64,000 nt of DNA from Ptychomitrium polyphyllum (taxonomy: Eukaryota). The stretch spans positions 21,824,001-21,888,000 of the forward strand of contig OZ316775.1 of NCBI GenBank assembly GCA_973851085.1, in the 5' to 3' direction. Made by a program: the position numbers and the translations under genes. Shown here piece after piece: positions 36,845 through 49,544 of the stretch. The notes below the pieces were generated by a model, which saw only the letters and a program-made list of their open reading frames with translations, was not told the DNA's origin and ran no database searches. Positions within the stretch are counted from its first letter, which is position 1. Every line of letters begins with the position of its first letter.

Positions 36845-39800
36845 AATTCCTTGCACTAACTTGGGTGGTCAAACTAACTTAACTCATGTTCTAACCTACT
36901 TATAATTGACTTCAACTAATTCATCAAAATTTCCACTAATCAAATATTAACTTATTATTGATTTTTGTAGCGTATCACTGACTTGGTTCTAACTACTTTC
37001 AATGTTGTTTTTCTTTTCTTTTTGTACTTTATTTGTACTTGATTATAGCAAGTGTTCTTTAGTTATTTTAGCTGAAAGAAATTCCTTTAGGACTTCCTTA
37101 TTCAATTTGCTAATTTAACTCTAACCCCTAATGATTAGTCATTCTAAAATACTAATCAAATCCAACTGCTAATTTACTTCTTCACCATAAATAGCGGCTT
37201 CCATGATTTTTTGATATTTTTCATGGACCTAATTAGCCTAACCACCCTTAAACTTAGTTAATTATTAGAATGACTCTAATTAGTACTAATATAAGTCCAT
37301 TTTCTAGCAACTAATACTAATAGTGAATAATTAATGAAATTTGGAAGCGTATAGTGCATAGAAGAATCCGAGAGGAAATACAATAAAGAGTAGAAGGAAA
37401 AAATACTAAAATACGAAGAATGATGCATAAGCAGAGATACCGATTTGAAACACTACATGGTCGCCAAATGTTAAGGTAGGTATTGATTAGGATCAGTTAC
37501 TACCAAGTGAACAATAAGTTAATAGTTTTGCAATACAAATCCTTATCTAATGAAGGTCAGCTACACCAATACGGGGATCAGTAACTACCAAGTATTTTAA
37601 GACTAGGTAACTCTTTATTGGAGCATATTGATCAAAGAAGATCACTATATATGAGTTTATAATTTATACTACTGAATAGAAAAGACATAGTAATATTTAA
37701 GAGTATTCATAAACTAGTAAAAAAAAATTACTAAGATAGACAAGCTTGCATATAAATACTCACTCAAAGACAAAACTCATAAAATAAAGGAATAGAGCGT
37801 ATAACTTATTTCATTGGAAGAAAATAAAATACAATACACCCTTAATTTTCTTGATTGAAGGTTTAAATATTAGATTCAAGACCCTATAAAAGAGGATCTT
37901 TATGTACTTGTTTGAACTAACAAATTACTTCTTATCATCCGATTATTACTGTTGGAAGACGTTTGGTAGTATCGATAAGGGGAGATCGGTAAAGCAAGTC
38001 CGGTAGTATTGGATATAATACCTGGTAGCCCGCTGTCGTGCTGTAAATAATTATATGGCTTTAAACTTAGCTAATATGTAATATTTTGTGGATTTTGATT
38101 TATTGTATTTTCAAAAGGAGTATTAGGATAAAAAGAGAAGTTAGATGAAAAGAATTGTAGTGAAACCACAATTATGAGTGCATTGGAGGTAGAACTGCAT
38201 CTTGTCGTAGCTCAGGGTGAAGGCACCGGTTGACTGTATTAATTTCCTGCTTGCCATTCTCACTAGGAGTTTCAAGCCAAGTGCCGCCATTCCAGTCAAT
38301 GAATCCAACAAGAATCAAACTTGAACTAATTCTGCAGCTGGAATTTATCCAGTTAATTAAATTCGTGGCTTGGTGTTTAATTCTGCCTCAATAGTGACTT
38401 TATATTTAATAAACTTCAATCTTTTTCCTATTCTCTTTTATTTATTTTATATTAGTTTTAATTTTAAATTTGTGAGAATTGATTTAGTTTTCTTTTGTAG
38501 TTGGAGCCTAGATGTTTCAATCAAAGGAAAAAAAAGAAAGAAAAGCAAAAGAAAAGAATTTAGGTTATTTTTTATTTGAAGATATGTTAAATAAGAGCTT
38601 GATAAAAGAGATTAGAGGCTGATGTCGAGAAATAAAGCTGATGTAGAGTAATAAGCAATAGATGTGATGGTTTAACTACCACCCTCATCTTTTTTCTCGG
38701 CCTCTTCTACTAATATAAGAAAGTAGTCCTTATTTGGAAGATAGTTTATAATGCATTTTTTAATTTGAATTGATATTTATTGGGTTTTGTTTTTTTTTTT
38801 TGTTAGTTCTTTAGAATGAAATTACACGCTCCATTTGAAGTTAGTATGTGACTGTGGCCCTAGTTTGAGTGAAATTAGGTCAGTTGCCTTGAGTTTCAGG
38901 GAGTAGTTGCTTTAGATGCTTATAACTATTTGTGTATTTGGAAATTGGTTATGAAATTTTGAGGGTAGTAATTCAACTACTTCAAAATGATATTATAAAA
39001 ATTTGGAGAAAAAAAAGCTTGTATATTAGAAGATAAAAGAAGGATTACAGTCGGCACTTTGAGAGATGTATACACCAAAGTTGAGGTTGTATATTTTGAG
39101 CCATAAGAAAGGATTGAAGGATTAATTGAAATTGATTTTTCAGGGAATTATTTGATGTAAGATTTTTGATGTGTGAGTAATTTTCAAGTCCAAATTAGTA
39201 ATAGAAGAGAAGTAATGAAGTAGTAAAGTAGAGAGGGTCCACGAGCTGTGCTAGTGGAAAGTGAGAACTTTGAAAGCATGATTCTCAATACTTACACTAG
39301 CCATGATTATGAAATTTTTACAATAGGTTTATAAATGCTATAAAAAAAAAGAATTTAAATCTCAAGTTCATTAAACTCATATGATAAAAAATAAAAGCAA
39401 AATTATAAGCGCGTGTGTCATGATACTATGTATTTATGACTTGGGTTAATATTGTGATATTAAAAAACTCCTATTACCACAACAATGGTAACAACAACAA
39501 GAATGCAAAGTTACTAACAGTGGAGGATGTGAGTTGCAATGCATCTAGAATTGTTGCAATTTTGTTGGCTAGGTTCACTTGCTTGGTATAGCCATTATAT
39601 GTGCATCGAAGAAGGGGAATTTTTGGTCATGTTGGGTTCCTTCATACCGAGAACATGTCAAACATACTTCAACTTTTTTAAACCGCAAATAGCTTTTAGC
39701 TTTAGGAATTATTCAAAGAACCCTATCTAATGATGAAAGAAAAGAGTTCCTCCAAATCTTCCAAAGCCTACACCTTCCGACCACAATTATTGTTGACGGC

Positions 39801-40749
39801 AAAAAGTGACATGCATGGCTGTATACAATTCACAAACATAGCATAGACTAAGAGTTCTTCTTTGGATAGCTAGCACAATGTCCAAAACTTTCACCAAGAA
39901 CATAATATCGGAAATACCATCGTTGGAGCTTGCCACCGGTGCATGTATGTACGCTAATAAGGGGATGAATTGTGGAGGCAAGAACAATGGTAAATCTCCT
40001 TGTACCCTTTCTCCACTTTTAATGCAAGATGGGGTGCATGAGATTGTGATGAATTCGACTCTTCGCGTTCTGAGATGACCACTTTCTAGACAGAATTCAT
40101 CGCCGTGGGAATCCGGGGAGAAACCGGTGGGAATGCACTGAACAGGCGAACCCCCGAATTTTCAAATCACGGTACTCATCAACTCCACCTCGAGTGTGAA
40201 CGGGGCAAATGTGCTCCGCAGGCGCACAGCGGAGTACACAGCACAGAAACCCCTACAGGGCACGTCAATCCAAGGCAGGTGTCCGATCCGGGGCGGTGTG
40301 AACGGGGCGCCCCTCCAGCCCCGGCGGCAGCGTCAGCGTCAGCGAATTAGGGTTTCGAGGGCTCTGGGAAGCAAGCACGCACGCGAGCACTGGGGGGCAG
40401 GGCAAGCAAGTCTCCCGCCCTGGCAACGCTCTCCGACTGTTTCCATTCCCGTCTGTCCAGCCACTGGGTGGCCCCTTCCGAGTGCCATCGCAGCCCCCCA
40501 ACACCCCGGCAGGCCCACGCCCACTCTCATGTTCCGTCGCTGCAGTCTTGTGATCCCCGTCGCTGGCCCCCCGCTCGCACTCAGCCTCGCACGGATCCCA
40601 CGACCACAATCACAAATCCTGTTCCCGACCTCGCGCGCGGCAGCACTGGGAGGCGGGGCGGCCACCGGCGAGGGAGCCCATTGCTGCTGAGCACGCGGGG
40701 TCGGCCCGAGGCGGGGCGCGGGGGCACTGCCGCTGCGCTGCACGGCACC

Positions 40750-43700
40750 ATGAGTACCGTCGGCCGAGGGGGCGGTGCGGCCGTGGAGATTCCGGCCAGC
40801 ACCAAGAAGGTGGTGCAGGACCTCAAGGAGGTGGTGGGCAACAGCGAGGAGGAGATCTACGCCATGCTCAAGGAATGCAACATGGACCCCAACGAGACCG
40901 CGCAACGGCTGCTCAACCAGGGTACGTTGTTTGCGCTTCCGCTGCCCGTGCCCCGTCGGGCCCGATCGTTTGCCGCTTTGATGTGCGCGCAGCCTCGTTC
41001 GCTGGTGGTGGTGGATGAGAGCGCGAGAGTGGGATTGGCACGGCGGGCATTGGTCCGCGCATGGGGCATGGTCGCCCCTGGGCCGGTCGAGGGCGAAACC
41101 CTTGTGTGAGGTGAAAATGTGCGACGAGTGACAGGTCCTTGGTCCGGGGCATTCGAACGCGGAGACGGCGTGGGTGTGATAGAGCGGTGCATCATCTGGG
41201 TGGGAGGAGGATGGTTGCAATAGTGAGCGCTTTTGATTCAGTATCATGTGGTCGGTGACGCATCACGCCAAACCGTCATGTTTTGGTCCCGCATTTAGGG
41301 TGGTAGCGGGCGGTGGGTGAGGCGGAGCAGTCGGGGTTTTTAGTGGCACTGGTGGGGCGCCTGAGGACATTGAATAGGCTGGGACGGGCCACGATTTGTT
41401 CGATCTTGGTCGCATGGGTCGATTCTTTAGGGCGCGGTGCCGACGCTGGCATTTGTTGTGATCGAAGTCGAAACCCATTGGCGATGTTTTAGGTTTAGGG
41501 GTATGGTGACGTCGCAGCGGGCCGAAGCCCGGGCGGGTGGGGCGGTAGAGGCGTGGGGTTGAGGGTTTGCGGAGGGTGATGTTTTGTTGTTGTTGGTGGT
41601 GGAGGCTGTGGGTAGAGTGGTTGATATGTGTATTTTCTTTTTGGTTGATTTTGCAGGAGGTATTGGAGCTGCACCTTTTATGTCCCCACGGCTGCCTTGC
41701 CATATGCGGGCCTTCTTACCCGTTTTTGGGTTTTGGGTTGTTTTTCTTGTTTCCGGGGATTATGCATTGTACGAATCCGTGTGGCGAGGATGCGGTGTGG
41801 GGTGAGGTTGAGGGGCGATGTGAGTGGGGCGAGGTTCTAACGGTGGGCTTGTTTACGTGCGCGTGATGGTGCAGATCCCTTTCACGAAGTGAAGAGGAAG
41901 CGGGACAAGAAGAAAGATGTGAGTAATTTGTGAACCTGTGAGGGGGGTGTGGTGGTGTAGAGGGGATGGGGATGGTGGTGCTGACGCGGCGGTTTGCGTG
42001 ATGGTGGTGCAGAGTGGAGGATCGAAGGAGGGGGCGGATGTGAGGGGGCGAGCTGGGAGCGGAGGTAATTATGGGAGGGGAGGTGGACGCGGCGGCGGCG
42101 GAAGAGGGAGTTCGCTGCCTCGTTTCGGGTCGCAGGGTGAGTGTCGTGGGCGACGGACACAGCAGTCTTGCGATGGTGGAGTCCGATCTGCATTGGGGAC
42201 CTGGTTGGGGCTTAATTTGTTGTGGTCCCTTAAGAGGGACGGTAGAGAGATCTCTGGCCGTAATGTGTGTGTGGTACCCCGCCACTGGAGGTCCATCTGG
42301 GACGCTTCCATGGCGGAGGAAGGAGGGACGGTATGATTGGTGCAGCAGGGAATAGGTATCTTGCTGTGTTTTTGTGGGAGTGTTTGCTGGTCTACTTTGG
42401 AGCGTGGCGAATGGAGTTGCTTAGGGCTGTGGCGCCGGGAAGGGTCAGTGGTGTGTTTGGGAGTGAGCCGTGTGTTGTGGGGGCATAATGCCTTGACTGC
42501 TGCAAGGGTGATAGTCATTAGACTCGAGGTTCCGGGCATGCATGTTCCTGGTCACGTAGTCGGTAACAGAGGCCTTGTGCATTCCGTTTGTCCTCAGCGA
42601 GCGTGTCCTTGAACTGGGGATACGCGGATAGACATCTGGATGATCTGTGAGGTCAAGAGTTATGGTCAGAGAGAAGAGAGCGGAGGGGTGGAAGTTATGC
42701 ACCGATGGTGAAGTTTGTGTGCGGTGTGTTGGATTGGTCAGAGCACGGCGGAGGCCGAGGTCGCGGTTACGGAAGGGATAACGGCGTCCATCCAAGCTCA
42801 CGCGGTTCGGGTGCAGTTTCGAGCTCAGGCCCTGCACATGGTCAGGCGAAGCCATCATCAGCCGCGCCGGCGTAAGTGTCTGATGATGTCCGTAGGTGGT
42901 TGGGGTTCAGGCAATGGACGCGTATGCACTTACATTCACTGAGGCCGTCCGCGTGTGCATTGGCGCAGTGTGGCTAAGGGATGGCTCCCATGATGTTTAA
43001 TGTATGTTGATTGCAGTCTAGCACGGTGCCATTCCCTCTCGAGGTGCCAGTGGGGGAGCATGGAACGGATTCGCGAACTGACACAGCGTGGTGTTGGGGG
43101 ATTGCAGGTCTGCAGCACCCCCAGCTGCCCCTCCAGCAGCCGCTCCATCAGCGGCTCCAGCACCACAGGCTCATGCCCCGAGCGCAGGGAGCGGGAGCTT
43201 TCCAGGAGTGGCGAACGGGAGCAGTGGGTATGTGAGGCCTGCTCCAGCCCCACAAGGAGCTTGGGCGTCTGGGCACGGTACAATGGCGGACCTTTTGAAG
43301 GCGCAGGCAGCTCCTCCACCCAGCTTCCAGGCCCCGAGCGCAACCCTGCCTTCCCCTGGCTTCCATGGCGCACAAGCGTCTGTGAGCCCCTCATACCCAG
43401 AGGCAGCGCCATCCGTAGAGTCTTCGGATGCATCAGAGTTTTATTCGTCCAGTACGGACCCCGTGCTACATTCTTCTGTAGATTTGCGTAGCGGAAGCGC
43501 CCAGAGCGCAATTGGAACGGTGGGCAACCAGCGACCCATCGGTGATCGGCCAGTAAGTACGTCGAGCGTAGAAATGAGCTTGGGCACAGGTGCAGCAGCG
43601 GCACAGCCCGCCTCCGCGGAACCAAGTGCGGTCCCAGCTGCTGCAGCAGCAGTGGAGTTGAGAGATGCGGAGGCGCAGGTCGAGGTGACCGCTGTGAGAC

Positions 43701-46414
43701 CTGCTTCTCCAGTATCCGTGATTTCGCCAGTGTCGAGTGAGGACCTGAGTGCGGAGGAAGCGGGAGCAAGCCCGGATGGTGGGAGCGGGCAAGGGCAGCA
43801 GTCAGGAGGGCGGAGCGTACTGGGCGGAACTCAGTACAACGGTCAGCCGTTGTATGCACCCCCGCTTCAGCCCGTGGGCACGCAGAAAGGTACTGGTTGG
43901 GAGTAGCGGCGTTGGGTGAGCAGTTCTGATAGAGCTGCGTATGAGGATCAGTTTGGGATGCGGCATTGTGATGTGATTTGGAAGCAGTTGGGTCCAGTGT
44001 TTTGAGTTTGTGCAGTGACGAGCGTTTGGTTTTATGGCGGTTGCAGGCGGTGTGGGTTTGGAGTGGAAGGCGAAAGGGCCAGGGCAGAGCTCGGTAGGGG
44101 CGTCTTTGGATGGTGGTTCGCAGTCCCTGGGTGCGGTGGACCCGACGATGATAGTCCAGTCGTACCAGGCGCTGAACCTGCAGGATGACGAGCCGGTGAT
44201 AATACCGACCCACTTCCGGGTACCGGAAGCAGATCGGTCACATCTGAGCTTCGGGAGCTTTGGGTCGGACTTCAGCACGGGTTTCGGGACGAGCTTCGGG
44301 CTGGAGGAAGTGGAGAAGACGAAGCATGTGGAGGCGATCGCTGCCGAGGAGGCCCCTGTGGAGCAGGCTGCAGCCCCGGCGAGGTGAGAGGCTGTGAGGG
44401 AATGTGCGACCGGTGTGTGCATGTTGGGGGGCGTGTGGCGGGGGTTGCGGTAGTGTAGGATTGCAAGATGAGATGAGTGCTGGCGCGTGGGATGTGAGGT
44501 ATGTTGGTGTTTGTCGGGTGACCTGATGTTGGAGGGCGTGATTCGTGAGTGCAGCGCGGAGACGCAAGTGGAGATGGTGCAGTCATATGGGCATCAGCAA
44601 GGGCAGACAGCGGTGGAGAACATGAGCGGGAGTGTGGAAGCGGCATCGGTGGTTAACCAGGGTCCCGTGGTTGCAGCACAGGCGCAGCACCTGAAGCCGG
44701 ATCCGGTGGTGCAGCAGAGCCCTGGTTATTTCCTGGGAGCGTCAAACTACCCGGGGTTTGGGCTGATGCCACAGATGCCGGGCGGTCAGTACGGGTATGA
44801 GCAAGCGGAGTCGCAAGCCCAGGACGTGTCTCGGATTCCGAGCATGGGGGTATGTGTCCGGACGATTTGGGAGGCTGTGCGGGGTGTGTGAAACAGGGGC
44901 TTTCTGGTTTGGGTGTTTGCTTGCTGCTTGGCATGGTTCTGACTCCCTGTGTTGCTGCCAATTTCTGGGGTTTGGTGTTAGATGGGGGAGGTGTGGTGAG
45001 TGGGTTTCGGGGATGCTTGGGAGTTGATGGGCTGACGTCGTGGGGAATTGGTAATGCAGCAGCCCGCGTATGAGCCGACGACGAGTTACTACACATCGGC
45101 GTTTCGGGGGGCTGATGCGGATCGGCTGTATCCTCCATACGCTCCTACGAACACGAGCAGCAAGTACAGTGGGAACATTGGCCTGATGACGGCTCCTTCG
45201 CTGCCATCTTCCCAGGAGGTGAGGTTTGCATTTGGGTTTGGTGTTTGAGCGGTGGTGGCGGCTGGGGACAAGTTGGGAGGGAGAGCGAGGTTTGGGTGGG
45301 CGAAGGTGTTTTGGATGGATGTGGGTATGTGACATGGGCGGTGGTTGGGATGTGCAGGGTGTGAATCCGATGATGGTGTCTGCAGGGCCGAGTGCAGCAC
45401 CAAGTTCGCAGGCGGGAAGCAACGTGCAGAGCGCACAGGCGATTCCCCAGCAGGCTCTGCCGATGCACTACTCGCAGCCGCCGTCGGGGCACTTTGGGAA
45501 TTTCGTGGGGTATCAGTACGTGCCGCAGAGCTACCCCTACCTGCAGCCTCCGTACCCGCACCACATGTACAACTCGAGCAACAGTGCATACGCGCAGCCG
45601 CCGGCGGGGTCGAGTTACCCTCCGACAGCAGGCTCGTCATATCCGAGCGGCGGAGCGACGGCGGTGAAGTTTCCGATGCCCCAGTACAAGCCAGGGGCGG
45701 GGAATGCGCCTCAATCTGGGCCGGGGATAGGGTACGGTGGGTACACGACGACACCTTCGGGGTACGGTTCGAATCCTGCGGTGACGACGGGAAATGCGTC
45801 CGGGTACGAGGACGTGAACACGTCGCATTACAAGGACAACACTCTGTACATTCCGAGCCAGCAGGTACAGGTGCTGCTGTGGCCGCTGTGAGGGGCCGTT
45901 TGGGGATGGAGCCTGGTTTTTGGATGTCTTTTTGTGTAGTTTTCTAGCGGACAGATATTTTTGGTGGCGTTTGGTTTTGGTGCAACGAAGGTGTTCTATG
46001 GGTGAGTTTCGAGTGCGTTTGGAGAGGGTGTTTTGGTGGGGGGGAGAGGTGACTGGTGTGCGCGTGTTTGTGGGTTGGCAGCAGGGAGATAGTTCGACGG
46101 TGTGGATCCAGACGTCGATGCCGCGCGACATGGGGCCGTCGGGGGCCATGCAGACGAGCTCATACTACAACTTGGCGAGCCAAGGGCAGCACAGCGGGTA
46201 TGCACAGCACTCTCAGCAGCCGACGCACGGTCACGCACACCCGAGCGCAGCGTACGCAAATCTGTACCATCCGTCACAGGCAGGGCCAGCAGCGAGCCAC
46301 CAGATGCTCCAACAGCCGCAGGGCATGGGGGGCGGGGCTGGGAACACGCAAGCAGGAGCTTATCAGCAGCAACCGCAGCGGACACAGCAGACATGGAACA
46401 ACTCGAACTACTAA
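40750..46414 (+). CDS. GBF-interacting protein 1-like / DUF1296, copy 2
   Basis: Exons 40750-40921, 41875-41918, 42013-42136, 42742-42871, 43108-43889, 44047-44383, 44555-44849, 45060-45218, 45358-45864, 46082-46414; translations identical to copy 1. Confidence 0.9.
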
Positions 46415-47133
46415 GCGAGTGGTGGCGGGTTGTTGTCTTGTGGGAGGGTCTGCGAGGAGCAGCAGTAGTTTGGGACGCCAGCTGAGTGGGGAGACGGATG
46501 TCCGAAGAGGGCATGGAGGCGGTGGCAGCGGAGCAGGTGGGGTTCTTGTTGATTAGGCAGGTTAGGGTAGGCCAGGAGGGGGCCTGAGAAGAGTGTAAAT
46601 ACAAGTTTGACTCGAGCGGTGGCTGGATGCGTGCGGCGGGGTTCGCGGGTTGGGGAGGCTGCAGGCATGCAACTCGATGACGGTGTTGTCATATGGCGGT
46701 AGACAGAGACTGGTGCGCAAGCTCCTACTTTTCACGATAAGCTTGACATATGCGCGGACGAGTTGAGCTACTCGTTTTGGCAGTTCTTGGGATGCCTCTG
46801 TTCCATAATTTTAAATTGGTAGCGTTACACATTTGTGGTGTTTTGGTCACGTGGACATGGTGGTTTTGTTCGGGTTTGCGTTCTGGTTGTGAGTAACGAT
46901 GTGGCGAGGGTTGTTGGCAGCACAGCACAGTGGTGCGTTGCAATAGTGAGGATCGCGAGCGTGGAATGTGTGGGGGTCTGGTATCCTGGATGATTATGCA
47001 TTGCGTGTGTGGTTGTATTGTTGTGGTTTCTGTTGTTGTGTTTCGGTTCTGGATGGACCCAAGTGCTATCCTACCAACAGTGGGGTATGATAAAGTTCAC
47101 TATGCGCGGGCTTGTACAAATTTGTAAGGAGGT

Positions 47134-47605
47134 TCACTCCAGGTAGTCAGACAAGGAGGACCTAGCGGTACCCACGAGTTTCTGAAGAGCATCGTCCGCC
47201 CACTCCACTTGCTTCCGACCTTCCCTGCGCTTGTGTTTCGTGAAAGCTGCGGTGAATGGGCCATTCTCCACCCGACGCAAGTGCGCCGGCTCCACGTCGA
47301 AGAAGACAGGAATCACTGATTTCCCACTTTTCGTCATCTCCACCAGTTCACTCAGGCACCACGGTGAATCCGCGTATACTTTCGACACTGCTGCAACGTG
47401 AAACTTTCGCCACTTGCAAGGCACCATCGATGGAACCGGAAGAAGAGCCCCGTTGAGGAAAGATTCCTTGCCAGGAAACGGATTTAGCCCAACGGATCTG
47501 AATGCATCATCCAACTGTGCATCGGGGTCAGACACAGACCTAAACTTTATCATGGATTGGTTGTGTTTGTCTGGAGGCAAATTTTTGTAAAATATCAGCA
47601 GCCAT
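47134..47605 (-). pseudogene. TIR-domain pseudogene, copy 2
   Basis: Identical to 22608-23079. Confidence 0.8.
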
Positions 47606-48215
47606 CTCTGACGGTGGAACACATATTCAGTAGGAATTCTGGTTACTGAAGAGAAATCGGACTTTAATCTCATGATGTTCATGAGATTACCCTTTGCTAA
47701 AGAGTTCAAAACTGCTATTTGCTTCAATGTTGTTCAATTTTACTTCGATGGTTAAGGAAACCGCGCAGTTCAGCAGCAGTGAGATATCCATGACTCGGAA
47801 ATCTGAGATTCTATGAAGGTCAGAAGTGGCCTAACTCCGGCTGTGAATGCACTGAAATCAATACTGCTTTTCCTTATCAGAATTCCAATTTTCGCAGAGG
47901 TGCTTTACTAGGCAATTCTCGAACTGCAAAAGCAGCGAGATGGGCTACTATACATAACCATCAGCTCAATCTCCACACTGACTGTTTTGTCAGAATAAGT
48001 GTATCCTACGTCGAAATGGAAGTATTAATCCAAAGTTGGTGGGCGATTATTGCCATCTAAGCCGATACGATATTCTGATAACTCGAAGTACTTTTGTGTT
48101 ATGGAATTTTTTTTAGCCGAGTTTTAAGTTACACCCCTTTTTGATGTATATTGTAGGTCTAGTTATAGTTTGGGTATGTGATATTTGAAGATTCGATTTG
48201 TTTTTACTGAGCTGC

Positions 48216-48761
48216 TGCTATTGTAAGCACAATTTTGTCTAGATTTTATAATGGCATGTATCAAGCTACCAACTATATGAGAATAGGGGTATGTGTTTGT
48301 AATCTCTTGTTTTACTGAAGGAGTCTCGAAATGATAAGTCAATCTTAGGCCAAATCGCATTGGTGTACAAAAAGGATCACAATATAACATACTGGTTTCA
48401 ACAAGTTCAGATGTTGAATGCTTTTGTTGGGGTTAAATACTCTAGCCTTGGAGCCTATTTCTAAAAATATGTGTAAAAGTATATAATGTCATACATCATT
48501 GCAAGTTCCTTTTGAAGAATCTCTTGGATTTGTTGAACAAGATGATTTTTATTGCTAACTACAATGCCATTATCAACATAAACAATTAGAATAGTAAATC
48601 CTCTATTCTTTTTTATTTATTTTTTATGCTGATATTAGCATCAATATCTTAGCTTGTATAACCTTGTTGAAGCAAATATTTGTTGAGATCGTTTGGATGC
48701 CAGAGGAATCAGAGTATCCTTCAATTGATTCATGGATCGAAAGTAGTGATGGTTTCGAAGT
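48216..48761 (-). mobile_element. Ty1/copia RT remnant, copy 2
   Basis: Duplicate of 23690-24235. Confidence 0.75.
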
Positions 48762-49544
48762 TGTGAAGCAGCTTGAGTTACTTTGTATTATTTTTAGGGC
48801 CTGGATTCTAGACAGCCAATTGGTACTTTGGTGATGGTGGGCGTTGAGCTACTGTGCAATTGATGGTACGATGTAGGCTAGTATTCACTGTTTTGGAGCA
48901 CTTCAATCTAACCATGTTTGGCAAGTTTCTATATATATATTATAATTATAATTTTTATTTTATTTATTTATTTTAAATTTGGGGCTGAATTTTTTTTAGA
49001 AGCTTGTTTATAAGCTTTTGACTCTAGATTTTGTAGGAAGCGGGATGCAAGTCAAGTAATTACATGAGGTATGTTGATATGGACATCTATGGACTCTAGA
49101 CTCCTTTGGATTTGAAGGTATCTGGAGGGATTACTCTTTATATGACATAGTTTAGAAGGAAGCTTTTTGAAATTTGTTATTAGTGTGTTTTACAATAATT
49201 TTTGTCAATTGTGTATTTAGAAAGCTTTGCCAATAATGGATCCTTATGACAATTTATAAGAGACCTTGCATGTGGAAGGCAATCAATTATCTTTTGATGG
49301 TGATGATAGAAGAATTGATGCAATTATAAGGTCCATCCTTGGTAATTTTGTAGAGTAAAGAAAAGGTTTTGAATATTGAAACATTTGATATCCAATGTTT
49401 GTGATGAATATGGAACTATTATTAAAGTCCCTATTGTTGGATTATTTGTTGAATAGATAAAGATAAAGTCTTTATGTTAAGCAATTAGATTTTCAGTGTA
49501 GACTTATATGTGGTAGTTAATCAACATTGGAAGAAGTACATTAG

